The notes beneath the pieces were generated by a model. The model did not search any database. It saw only the letters and a program-made list of their open reading frames with translations, and had not been told where the DNA came from. Made by a program: the position numbers and the translations under genes. Positions 8,544-15,554 of a DNA stretch of 15,554 nucleotides are shown piece after piece (the first letter of the stretch is position 1; each line of letters begins with the position of its first letter). This DNA is from Actinomycetota bacterium (GTDB lineage: Bacteria; Actinomycetota; Acidimicrobiia; Acidimicrobiales; Ilumatobacteraceae): contig JAYTOR010000124.1 of NCBI GenBank assembly GCA_043747685.1, positions 1-15,554 of the forward strand, written 5' to 3'.

Positions 8544-11500
8544 TTGACTGACACAGCGAACGAGCAGCCAGCTCCCCAACCGCCGGACGGCGCTGGCAAC
8601 AGCGCTGCCGACGGTCAGGCCGCAGCGCCGATTGCTGCCAGCGAATCCGGTCCGGGCGACCACGCAACGTCGGGCGGCGCAACGTCGGGCGGCGCACTGC
8701 CGAGTGCCGAATCGGCTGCCCAACCATCGATGTCCTCATCGACCTACGACCTGTTGCGTGAGCGACTGCGCGGCGTCGCCGAACGACTTCGTGACGCTGC
8801 TGATGCGCTCAACAGCGAGCGTGCGGAGGTCTTCGCATCGGTGCCGATGGCGCTCGCCGAACAGGATCGCCTGCGCACCGAGCAGCCGAGTACACCGGCC
8901 GATGCAGTCAGCGTCGAGGGACTGCTCGTGTTCGGTTACAACGTCGGTGCGTCGCTCGGCAAGACCCGCACGGTCGACGATGCCTTCGAGTTGTTCGAGA
9001 TGGACAAGGCGGCGGCGAACGACTGGACGTTCACCCCACTGAGCAAAGACGCTCCGAAATGGTTCCTGCGAGATCCTGGCTTCCAGCGCGACGCCGGCGA
9101 ACTGTTCACCTACTACGCCGACACCCGCCTCGACTCGCTCACGCTGCACGAGTCACGGTTACTGATGGTCTTCCGGTTCGGTCCGGCACCCGACGACGTC
9201 CGAGTGCTGCGCTGGCAGTTGGAGGGAGAAGACCTGCGCTACATCGACGCCTATGGTGACCACGATGTCGTCCAGACTGCGGCGTACGACTTCACTTGGA
9301 CGACGGCCGGGCGGGAGCAACTCGTCGATGGGCGTTGGCCGCACCTGATCATCGGCGGCAGCCTGTACATCGGATTCGACAAGCGCGAGATCCAGTTCCG
9401 CATCGACGACGTCGTCGAGGGTGGGCGCACGATTTTCCAGGAGCCAGTCAACGAAACAGGTCAGGTGATCGGCGAGACCGCTGTCTCGTATGCGCTGATG
9501 GACGAGATCGTGCTCGTCCGCCTGCAGCCCTACCGTGAACAGCAGGAACGCTTCTACATCTTCAACCGTCTCACACGGGCGGTGCAGCGCGCCGACGCGA
9601 TCGGCAGGAACTGCCATCTGCTGCCGGAGGGTCAGGGTGTCGTCTTCCCCGGCGGCTACCACCTGCAGAACGGTGAGACGAAGGTCTTCAGTACCGACGC
9701 GACGGGTTTCGGGTTCCAGGCCGTGCACCGCTCCCCCAACGGCGAGGACATCCTCTACGTCTACCGGCGGGCGTCAGGAGAATTCCTGTTGTGCGCATAC
9801 AACGTGGTGACGCGCACGATGGACACGCCGATCAGTTCGCACGGCTACGCGCTGTTCGACGACGGCGTCATCGTCTGCCTTCGTGGTGCTCCAGAGCCGC
9901 AGCGTATACACACGATCAACGTCTACACCAGCCCGTTCTGCACGCCCGACAACTACACGCCGTCTGTCCCGTCCGATTCGTTCTTCGGGCGCACTGGCAA
10001 CCCGGAACTCGTGCGGGTACTCGGTGAGACGATCTCGCTCGCTCGCGACGCCGCCGACCCGCAGTTCAACCAAGCGATCTTCGAGGCGCTCGTCGCCAGG
10101 TCGACGACGCTGCTCGACGGCTACGGCTGGCTCAATCAGCCGGAGGCTCACGGTGTCGGCGCGCTCCTCGGCGAGCTGCGCAAGACGTCGGGCTCGGTGC
10201 TCGACGAGTTCGCCTCGGTCGTCTCGGCGAAGAAGGAGGCTGCCGATCGGTTGTCGGATGCAACACGAGTCGTCAACGACCTCGCAGCCGATTCCGAGTT
10301 GCCGATCCGTGACGCACCGGCGTTCATCGACAAGCTCGCAGCCGCCCGCCAGGCGCTCGGCGTGCTGTCGTCGCTGTCGGAGGTCCGCCAGATGGACCAC
10401 GTGGCGCTCGAAGCCCTGAAGGCCCTGGCGCAGGCTGTCTACGACAAGTTGGCGACGCGGGCGATCGAGTTCCTCGACACCGACCACTCGCTCGACTCGA
10501 TCACCAAGTCCTACGACGACGCCGAACGCGAAGGCGCTGTTGCGGTGACGGCCTCGCTCGTCAACGAGCAGATGAAGTTGGTCGACGAGGCAGGCGATCG
10601 CGTCGTGTTGCTCACCGATGTCGTCGGCGGACTGGAGGTCGAGGACCCGACGCGCAAGACGTCGGTGCTCGGCCGTCTCGCCGACGCCCTCGCCAGGCGC
10701 AACGCCGTGCGCGCAACGCTGGACCTGCGGGCGATCTCACTGCGCTCGGCAGAGGCAGAGGCAGGCTTCGCAGCGGCGATGGCTGTGCTATCGCAGCGCG
10801 CGACCGCTTCGATCGCCGCAGCCGCCGACGCAGCTGCGTGCGATTCGGCGCTCGCTTCGCTGTCCGCCGAACTGGAGAATGCCGACCTCCGCTATGGCGA
10901 CGTTCCCGCATTCGCCGATGCGATCGACACCCGCCGGTCCGAACTGAGTACCGCCTTCAACCAGCGCCGCGATGCCCTTGCCGCCGAGCGGACACACAAG
11001 ATCGATCGACTGGCGCAGTCCGCACAGCGCATCCTCGTGACGGTCACGACACGCGCCTCGGCACTGGCGGGCCGGGCGGAGATCGACGCCTTCTTCGCTA
11101 CCGACAGCCTCGTGACCAAGGTCCGTGCGACCGCTGCGGAACTGCGAAACCTCGGAGAAGCCGGACGTTCCAGCGAACTGGAAGTGGCCCTGTCCGGCGC
11201 GCGCGATCAGGCTCGCCGTACCGCCAATGACCGTGCCGACCTGTTCGAAGCGGGGACGGTCCGCATCGGTAAGTGGAAGTTCGGTATCAACACGGAACCG
11301 TTCGAGTTGCGCCTCGACTCGAACGTCACCGACCCGGCACACCCGATGTTCGAACTCCGTCTCACCGGAACCGAACTGCGGATGCCGATCCGGGAGGGCG
11401 CCCTTGCCCAATTCGCCGACCTCGCCGGTCAGAATTATCCGAGCGAGACCACGACGATCCCACGTGCCGCATACCTCGCGTTCTCGGCGCTGACCCAGGA

Positions 11501-13475
11501 CATCCCGACCTCCGGCATCTCGGCATATGCGACGTCGCGGATCGAGGACGGCTTCGAGCCCGGTGTCCACGACGCCGACGCGGTGCGCATCGTCGAAGCA
11601 TTGCAGCCGTGGTGGACCGTTCCGGCGGTGAGAGTTTCCGGCATCGACCGCGCTGTCGCCGGTGTATGGCTCCGCTCGCTCGATCTTCGCCAACACGACG
11701 AACTCGCCAAGGAACTGATCGCCCTCGAAGCGTTGGGAATCGGCAAGTCGCGTAAGGCATTCATCAAGCGCGTCGGGCCGCAACTCGATTCGATCGCCTC
11801 GGAGGCGGGACTCAAGCATCGTTTCGATGCACGAGTCGCCTGCGACTGGCTGATCAACCGCTCACAGGAGGCGGCCGTCCGCCCGGACGCTGCGAAGGCT
11901 GCTGAACACCTGGAATCGTGGGGCTCCGAACACGGCCTCGACCTGCGCCACGCAACATTCGGTCAGCTCGTCCGCTGGGCCCAGGACCTGGACCCAGCGT
12001 CGCCGATCTCCGTCGCCGCCGAGGCCGTCTGGAAAATCCTCGACCCGAACGTCGCAATCGCCACCGGGGTGCCGACCACGGTCACCGTCACTGGTCTGCG
12101 CAGCCAACATCCGGCGATCGTCAATGGTTCACTGACGCTCGATCCGAGCGATTCGTTGACGAACTTCATGACGTACCGCCGCGACGGCGTCGATCGCTTC
12201 CGGCAGTTCAGCGAGAGCCGCCGCATTCTGCTCACCAACGAACAGCAGCGCCTGGAACTCGACACGCTGCATCCGACAGTGATCACCTCCTTCGTCCGCA
12301 ACCGCCTGATCGACGAGGTCTACCTGCCACTCGTCGGCGACAACGTCGCCCGCCAGCTGGGCCTCAACGGCGCGGCCCAGGGCCTGCTGCTGCTGATCTC
12401 ACCACCCGGCTATGGCAAGACGACGCTGATCGAATACGTGGCCTCGCTACTGGGGTTTGCGCTGGTCAAGATCAACGGACCTGCACTCGGCGACGAGGTC
12501 ACCTCACTCGACCCTGCGGCTGCGCCGAACCTCGCCGCCGCCGAGGAACTGGCGAAGTTGAACCGCGCATTTGCGATGGCCAACAACGTCATCTGCTATC
12601 TCGACGACGTGCAGCACACCTCGCCAGAACTGCTGCAGAAGTTCATCCCGCTGTGCGACGCGACGCGCCGGATCGAGGGCGTACTCGAAGGTGAGGCGAA
12701 GACGTTCTCCCTGGCTGGCAAGCGTTTCGTGATGGTCATGGCTGCCAACCCGTACACCTCGTCCGGTTCCTCGTTCCGGATTCCAGACATGTTGGCGAAC
12801 CGTGCCGACGTCCACAATCTCGGCGATGTCGCCCTGTCTGCAGCTGCCGCTTTCGCCCAGAGCTTCGTCGAGAACGGCTGCGGTGTGAACGAGGTCGTGG
12901 CCCCCGTGCTGTCTCGGGGTAAGCAGGACCTCGACGTGCTGTTGCGTGCTGCCGCCGGCCAACCGCTGCGTAGTGACGACCTCATCCATCCGTACGGTGC
13001 GACGGAGTTGACGCAGATCACCAAGACTCTCAGCCATCTGCTGCGTGTCCGCGATCAACTGCTCAAGGTCAACGCCGCCTACATCGCCTCGGCAACCGTC
13101 GACGATCATCTGCGTGGCGAACCGTCGTTTCTACTGCAGGGTTCGTACCGCAACATGGCGAGAATAGCCCAACGCATCGTCCCGGCGATGACCCCGGCGG
13201 AAGTCGACCTCGCCGTCGGAGAGCACTATCGGGCGGAGTCACAGACGCTCGCCGCGGCCGCCGGCTGGAACCTCGCCAAGCTCGGCGAGGTATTGGGCAC
13301 TGCCTCGCCGGAGGCTCTCGCAGGGTTGAACCAGATGCGCAAGCGGTGGAAGGAATCGAACGTCGCCGGCGACCCCTTGGCGGTGATGGCGGCAGCATTG
13401 CGCGACATCGCCGGAGCGGTCAACGCCCACAACAACGGAACCCCGCTCCCCCCGCCACCGACCCCTGTGTTCTGA
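8544..13475 (+). CDS. Giant (1643-aa) soluble protein with a C-terminal MoxR/AAA_5-type AAA+ ATPase core, an N-terminal low-complexity tail plus coiled coil, and a large beta-rich domain and helical middle region, neither assignable to a known family from sequence alone
   Basis: Uninterrupted ORF with a TTG start (first start after an in-frame TGA). No predicted TM helices. Walker A 'LLLLISPPGYGKTTL' (nt ~12396-12425, Lys ~aa 1292). Walker B 'NVICYLDDVQHTSPELLQKF' (DD at nt ~12603-12608). Sensor-1 'VMVMAANPY' (nt ~12738-12752). Arg-finger region 'RIPDMLANRADV'. The motif pattern hhhhDD-x-ELL / AxNP / LxxR matches MoxR-type (helix-2-insert clade) AAA+ rather than classic AAA. Lies 151 bp downstream of flotillin on the same strand. 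Confidence 0.7.
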   Translation: MTDTANEQPAPQPPDGAGNSAADGQAAAPIAASESGPGDHATSGGATSGGALPSAESAAQPSMSSSTYDLLRERLRGVAERLRDAADALNSERAEVFASVPMALAEQDRLRTEQPSTPADAVSVEGLLVFGYNVGASLGKTRTVDDAFELFEMDKAAANDWTFTPLSKDAPKWFLRDPGFQRDAGELFTYYADTRLDSLTLHESRLLMVFRFGPAPDDVRVLRWQLEGEDLRYIDAYGDHDVVQTAAYDFTWTTAGREQLVDGRWPHLIIGGSLYIGFDKREIQFRIDDVVEGGRTIFQEPVNETGQVIGETAVSYALMDEIVLVRLQPYREQQERFYIFNRLTRAVQRADAIGRNCHLLPEGQGVVFPGGYHLQNGETKVFSTDATGFGFQAVHRSPNGEDILYVYRRASGEFLLCAYNVVTRTMDTPISSHGYALFDDGVIVCLRGAPEPQRIHTINVYTSPFCTPDNYTPSVPSDSFFGRTGNPELVRVLGETISLARDAADPQFNQAIFEALVARSTTLLDGYGWLNQPEAHGVGALLGELRKTSGSVLDEFASVVSAKKEAADRLSDATRVVNDLAADSELPIRDAPAFIDKLAAARQALGVLSSLSEVRQMDHVALEALKALAQAVYDKLATRAIEFLDTDHSLDSITKSYDDAEREGAVAVTASLVNEQMKLVDEAGDRVVLLTDVVGGLEVEDPTRKTSVLGRLADALARRNAVRATLDLRAISLRSAEAEAGFAAAMAVLSQRATASIAAAADAAACDSALASLSAELENADLRYGDVPAFADAIDTRRSELSTAFNQRRDALAAERTHKIDRLAQSAQRILVTVTTRASALAGRAEIDAFFATDSLVTKVRATAAELRNLGEAGRSSELEVALSGARDQARRTANDRADLFEAGTVRIGKWKFGINTEPFELRLDSNVTDPAHPMFELRLTGTELRMPIREGALAQFADLAGQNYPSETTTIPRAAYLAFSALTQDIPTSGISAYATSRIEDGFEPGVHDADAVRIVEALQPWWTVPAVRVSGIDRAVAGVWLRSLDLRQHDELAKELIALEALGIGKSRKAFIKRVGPQLDSIASEAGLKHRFDARVACDWLINRSQEAAVRPDAAKAAEHLESWGSEHGLDLRHATFGQLVRWAQDLDPASPISVAAEAVWKILDPNVAIATGVPTTVTVTGLRSQHPAIVNGSLTLDPSDSLTNFMTYRRDGVDRFRQFSESRRILLTNEQQRLELDTLHPTVITSFVRNRLIDEVYLPLVGDNVARQLGLNGAAQGLLLLISPPGYGKTTLIEYVASLLGFALVKINGPALGDEVTSLDPAAAPNLAAAEELAKLNRAFAMANNVICYLDDVQHTSPELLQKFIPLCDATRRIEGVLEGEAKTFSLAGKRFVMVMAANPYTSSGSSFRIPDMLANRADVHNLGDVALSAAAAFAQSFVENGCGVNEVVAPVLSRGKQDLDVLLRAAAGQPLRSDDLIHPYGATELTQITKTLSHLLRVRDQLLKVNAAYIASATVDDHLRGEPSFLLQGSYRNMARIAQRIVPAMTPAEVDLAVGEHYRAESQTLAAAAGWNLAKLGEVLGTASPEALAGLNQMRKRWKESNVAGDPLAVMAAALRDIAGAVNAHNNGTPLPPPPTPVF
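12350..12985 (+). other. AAA+ ATPase core (Walker A, Walker B, sensor-1, Arg finger) of the giant protein
   Basis: Motifs listed above were located by in-frame mapping to the 8544 start. Domain boundaries are approximate. Confidence 0.65.
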
Positions 13476-13505
13476 CCACCAGAAGTTGTCATATCGAGAT
13501 GGTGA

Positions 13506-13526
13506 ATATCGCAGCGGATGCGATAT
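13506..13526. terminator. Perfect 8-bp inverted repeat 'atatcgca-gcgga-tgcgatat' in the 89-bp convergent spacer between the giant ATPase gene and the PemK-like gene. Candidate bidirectional terminator or protein-binding palindrome.
   Basis: Read directly from the sequence. The stem is AT-rich and has no flanking T/A tract, so intrinsic-terminator strength is doubtful. Confidence 0.25.
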
Positions 13527-13564
13527 CCGCCACCTCGACCCGAAGCGCGCTTACATCGCCTGTT

Positions 13565-14152
13565 TCAGGCCAGGCGGATACCGTGGAATTTCCGCAAGGC
13601 AGTGACCACATCATCGAAGCGGTGTCGCTCGAGGATTGAGCCTTCGCGACGCACGGCACCGGGATGGACGGTCAGGATGCGTTCGAGCTTGGCATAGCTC
13701 GCGCGTCCACTCGAGTCCCACGAGCCGACGCCGACCGGGACCTCGTCCCGGCGTTCGGGATGCGGCTTGGTCGTCAATTGAACGGCGGCGAGGTCCGAAC
13801 CTGCTCGGCCGATGATCACCACCGGGCGGTCTTTGCCCTGCGTCGGATCGTCCTCGAATTGCACCCAGGTCCACACGACCTCACCGGGGTCAGGATCACC
13901 GTCGAGCATCGGCGAGTAGACGATCGTGACGTCAGCGAGTTCGGTGTCCGGCTCGACCCGATGGCCGGCCCGCACGCCAGCTGCTGGCGGCACGACTCGA
14001 CGCCCGCCGGTTCGAGGGACTGGTCGAGGTACGGGTCCGGGACGGACGTCGCCGATCCTCGGCCGGCTGGCGGATACGGCGGGTGATCGGCGAGGCGGCT
14101 GCGTGTCGGCACCCTTCCTGAAGCGGTCGAAGAACTGTCCTAAGCGGCTCAT
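13565..14152 (-). CDS. PemK/MazF/Kid-fold (type II toxin-like) protein with a ~90-aa Pro/Arg-rich N-terminal extension. Its start codon overlaps the lysA stop (ATGA).
   Basis: The C-terminal ~110 aa align by eye with MazF/Kid. 'GEVVWTWVQFEDDPTQGKDRPVVIIG' matches MazF 'GDLIWVDFDPTKGSEQAGHRPAVVLS' and Kid 'GEIWLVSLDPTAGHEQQGTRPVLIVT'. 'AVQLTTKPH' matches 'CVPCTTQ' and 'VVPVTSG'. 'YAKLERILTVHPGAVRREGSILERHRFDDVVTALRKF' matches Kid 'RGGKRLERVPETIMNEVLGRLSTIL'. The long N-terminal extension could be an artefact of start choice, since an internal Met at 'SPMLDGDPDPGEVVW' would give a canonical ~113-aa toxin. Confidence 0.5.
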   Translation of the reverse strand: MSRLGQFFDRFRKGADTQPPRRSPAVSASRPRIGDVRPGPVPRPVPRTGGRRVVPPAAGVRAGHRVEPDTELADVTIVYSPMLDGDPDPGEVVWTWVQFEDDPTQGKDRPVVIIGRAGSDLAAVQLTTKPHPERRDEVPVGVGSWDSSGRASYAKLERILTVHPGAVRREGSILERHRFDDVVTALRKFHGIRLA

Positions 14153-15426
14153 CAGTCGACGTCACACCGGATCAAGTCGTCGTATGTCTCACGGCGCATC
14201 ACCAGTCGCGATTCTCCATCCCGAACGAAGGCCACTGCCGGCCTGGTCAACTTGTTGTAGTTCGACGACAGCGCAAGCCCATAGGCTCCGGTCACCGGGG
14301 TGGCGAGGAGGTCTCCGACGGCCAACTGTTCCGGGACCGCTGCATCGAAGATCAGGACGTCACCGCTCTCGCAATGCTTACCGACGAGACGCGCATGACG
14401 GGAGCGGTCGGCGAGCGGGTGCGATGGCATGAACGCCTCGTATCCACTGCCGTACAGCACGGGACGGGGATTGTCGCTCATACCGCCATCGACGGCGATG
14501 TAGGTGCGGATGCCGGGGATGTCCTTGATCGTTCCGACGGTGTAGACGGTGATCGCGGCTGACGCGACGATCGCCCTACCGGGTTCGACGGAGATACGGG
14601 CATCGACGCCGAGACCGGAGCAGGCGTCGTGCAACACCTTGGCCCACGAGGTGATCGTCGGGGCTTCTTCGCCGGCGACATACGCGACCCCGAGGCCTCC
14701 GCCGAGCGTCAGTTCCGGCAGTCCGAGCGGATTGAAGAACCCGGCCATCACTTCGGCGGCACGACCGAAGTTCTCAGCGACGAAGACGTTCGATCCGATG
14801 TGGCAGTGCAGCCCGGTCAGGGTGACTGCTGACGATGCGCGCGCTCGTTCCACGGCGCGCAGTGCGTCGCCGTTGGCGAGGTTGAATCCGAACTTCGAAT
14901 CATCCTGACCGGTGGCGATGAAATCGTGAGTATGAGCATGGACACCGGGGGTGATTCGCAGATGGACGTCGACGGGCGGCAGGCCTTCACGGTGCAACAT
15001 GTCGAGGCGGTCAAGTTCGTCGAAGCTGTCGACGTTGACCTGACCGATGCCTGAGGTAATCGCATAACGCAGCTCGTCGAGGCTCTTGTTGTTGCCGTGC
15101 AGAACGCACTGTTCCGGCGACACACCGGCTGCCATCGCCACATACAGTTCGCCACCGGAGGCGACGTCGAGTCGCATGCCCTCCTCGACGGCGAGACGGG
15201 CCATTGCCTTACACAAAAAAGCTTTGGTGGCGTATACGACGTTGCCCACGCCGAATGCCTCGACCGCCTCACGGCAGCGATTGCGTAGGTGCGCCTCGTC
15301 GTAGATGAACAGCGGTGTGCCGTATTGCGCGACGAGGACAGAAACCAGCACACCACCGATCGAGAGTGAACCATCTGGTTCACACGTCGCAGTGTCAGGC
15401 AGCAGCGATTGCGGGATCGGATTCAT
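14152..15426 (-). CDS. lysA: Diaminopimelate decarboxylase
   Basis: 424 aa. 'YGTPLFIYDEAHLRNR' N-terminus. PLP-lysine motif 'VVYATKAF'. 'LTLGGGLGVAY', 'SVEPGRAIVA' and 'GKHCESGDVL' are characteristic DapDC/fold-III decarboxylase motifs. Position is immediately downstream of argS, as in actinobacterial argS-lysA operons. Confidence 0.92.
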   Translation of the reverse strand: MNPIPQSLLPDTATCEPDGSLSIGGVLVSVLVAQYGTPLFIYDEAHLRNRCREAVEAFGVGNVVYATKAFLCKAMARLAVEEGMRLDVASGGELYVAMAAGVSPEQCVLHGNNKSLDELRYAITSGIGQVNVDSFDELDRLDMLHREGLPPVDVHLRITPGVHAHTHDFIATGQDDSKFGFNLANGDALRAVERARASSAVTLTGLHCHIGSNVFVAENFGRAAEVMAGFFNPLGLPELTLGGGLGVAYVAGEEAPTITSWAKVLHDACSGLGVDARISVEPGRAIVASAAITVYTVGTIKDIPGIRTYIAVDGGMSDNPRPVLYGSGYEAFMPSHPLADRSRHARLVGKHCESGDVLIFDAAVPEQLAVGDLLATPVTGAYGLALSSNYNKLTRPAVAFVRDGESRLVMRRETYDDLIRCDVD

Positions 15427-15430
15427 CGAC

Positions 15431-15554
15431 TACATGCGCTCCGGCACGTCGATCCCCAACAGGGCGAGTCCCTGAGCCAGGACCGACGCGGCGATACTGC
15501 ACAGCGCGAGACGACTCTGCACGAGCTCTGGCGTCGATGCCTTGAGCACCGGAC
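15431..15554 (-). CDS. argS: Arginyl-tRNA synthetase, 3' end only (partial; continues beyond the window)
   Basis: The minus-strand frame translates to '...ALCSIAASVLAQGLALLGIDVPERM*'. This matches the conserved ArgS C-terminal DALR-domain ending '...LLGIxxPERM'. The TAG stop lies 4 nt before the lysA ATG. Confidence 0.6.

Noticed and set aside
6787-8599. 442-aa and 343-aa minus-strand ORFs antisense to the flotillin gene
   Set aside because: They are a mirror image of the Ala/Glu-rich coiled-coil coding region (Ala/Ser/Arg-rich antisense translation). The forward frame has the SPFH signature.
9159-11819. Several 130-343-aa ORFs (both strands, alternative frames) nested in the giant ATPase gene
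   Set aside because: All are contained within one uninterrupted 4.9-kb ORF whose frame carries the Walker A/B, sensor and Arg-finger motifs in order. The nested ORFs are Arg/Pro-rich GC-frame artefacts.
13900-14150. Possible MazE/PemI-like antitoxin ORF upstream of the PemK-like fold
   Set aside because: The candidate ORFs here (13816-14112 and 13932-14165, minus strand) are in other frames, are Pro/Arg-rich and show no AbrB/RHH-like signature. The in-frame sequence is simply the N-terminal extension of the PemK-like ORF.
15205-15225. A-run 'acacaaaaaagctttgg' inside lysA (unusual in this GC-rich DNA)
   Set aside because: It sits within the coding frame of lysA on the opposite strand (encoding ...AFLCKA...). 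It is a local composition blip and not a regulatory element.
14817-15383. 188-aa alternative-frame minus ORF and small plus ORFs inside lysA
   Set aside because: These are nested in the well-supported lysA frame and have no motifs.
1-15554. Looked for tRNA/rRNA genes, CRISPR repeats, integrase/transposase ORFs, and direct repeats bounding 5095-14152
   Set aside because: None were found by eye. There is no cloverleaf-like conserved tRNA segment, no regularly spaced repeats, and no recombinase motifs in any frame. The module therefore cannot be called a mobile genomic island on sequence evidence.

Overview
This is a high-GC, actinobacterial-type chromosomal segment. The backbone is the conserved minus-strand gene order argS(3' end)-lysA-hom-thrC-rho known from Mycobacterium and Streptomyces. 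The rho gene encodes the long actinobacterial form with a hydrophilic Arg/Asp-rich insertion. Two things interrupt this backbone. First, a plus-strand three-gene module sits between hom and lysA: an NfeD/YqiJ-like membrane protein with an extraordinary His/Gly-rich loop (5273-6157), a 693-aa SPFH/flotillin-family protein (6311-8392), and a 1643-aa soluble protein carrying a single MoxR/AAA_5-type AAA+ ATPase core near its C-terminus (8544-13475). Second, a PemK/MazF-fold ORF (13565-14152) has its start codon overlapping the lysA stop. thrB, which normally lies between thrC and rho, is absent from this window; only 264 bp of non-coding leader occupies that position. The NfeD-flotillin pair is a well-established operon type (yqiJK, yuaF-floT). 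Its tight linkage to a giant AAA+ protein with a large unassigned beta-rich N-terminal domain is the most interesting candidate for an undescribed membrane-microdomain-associated system. No tRNA, rRNA, CRISPR, integrase or transposase signatures were seen. Many long antisense 'shadow' ORFs typical of high-GC DNA are present and were rejected. Coordinates I derived by hand (motifs, hairpins) may be off by 1-2 nt. CDS coordinates are taken from the supplied ORF track.
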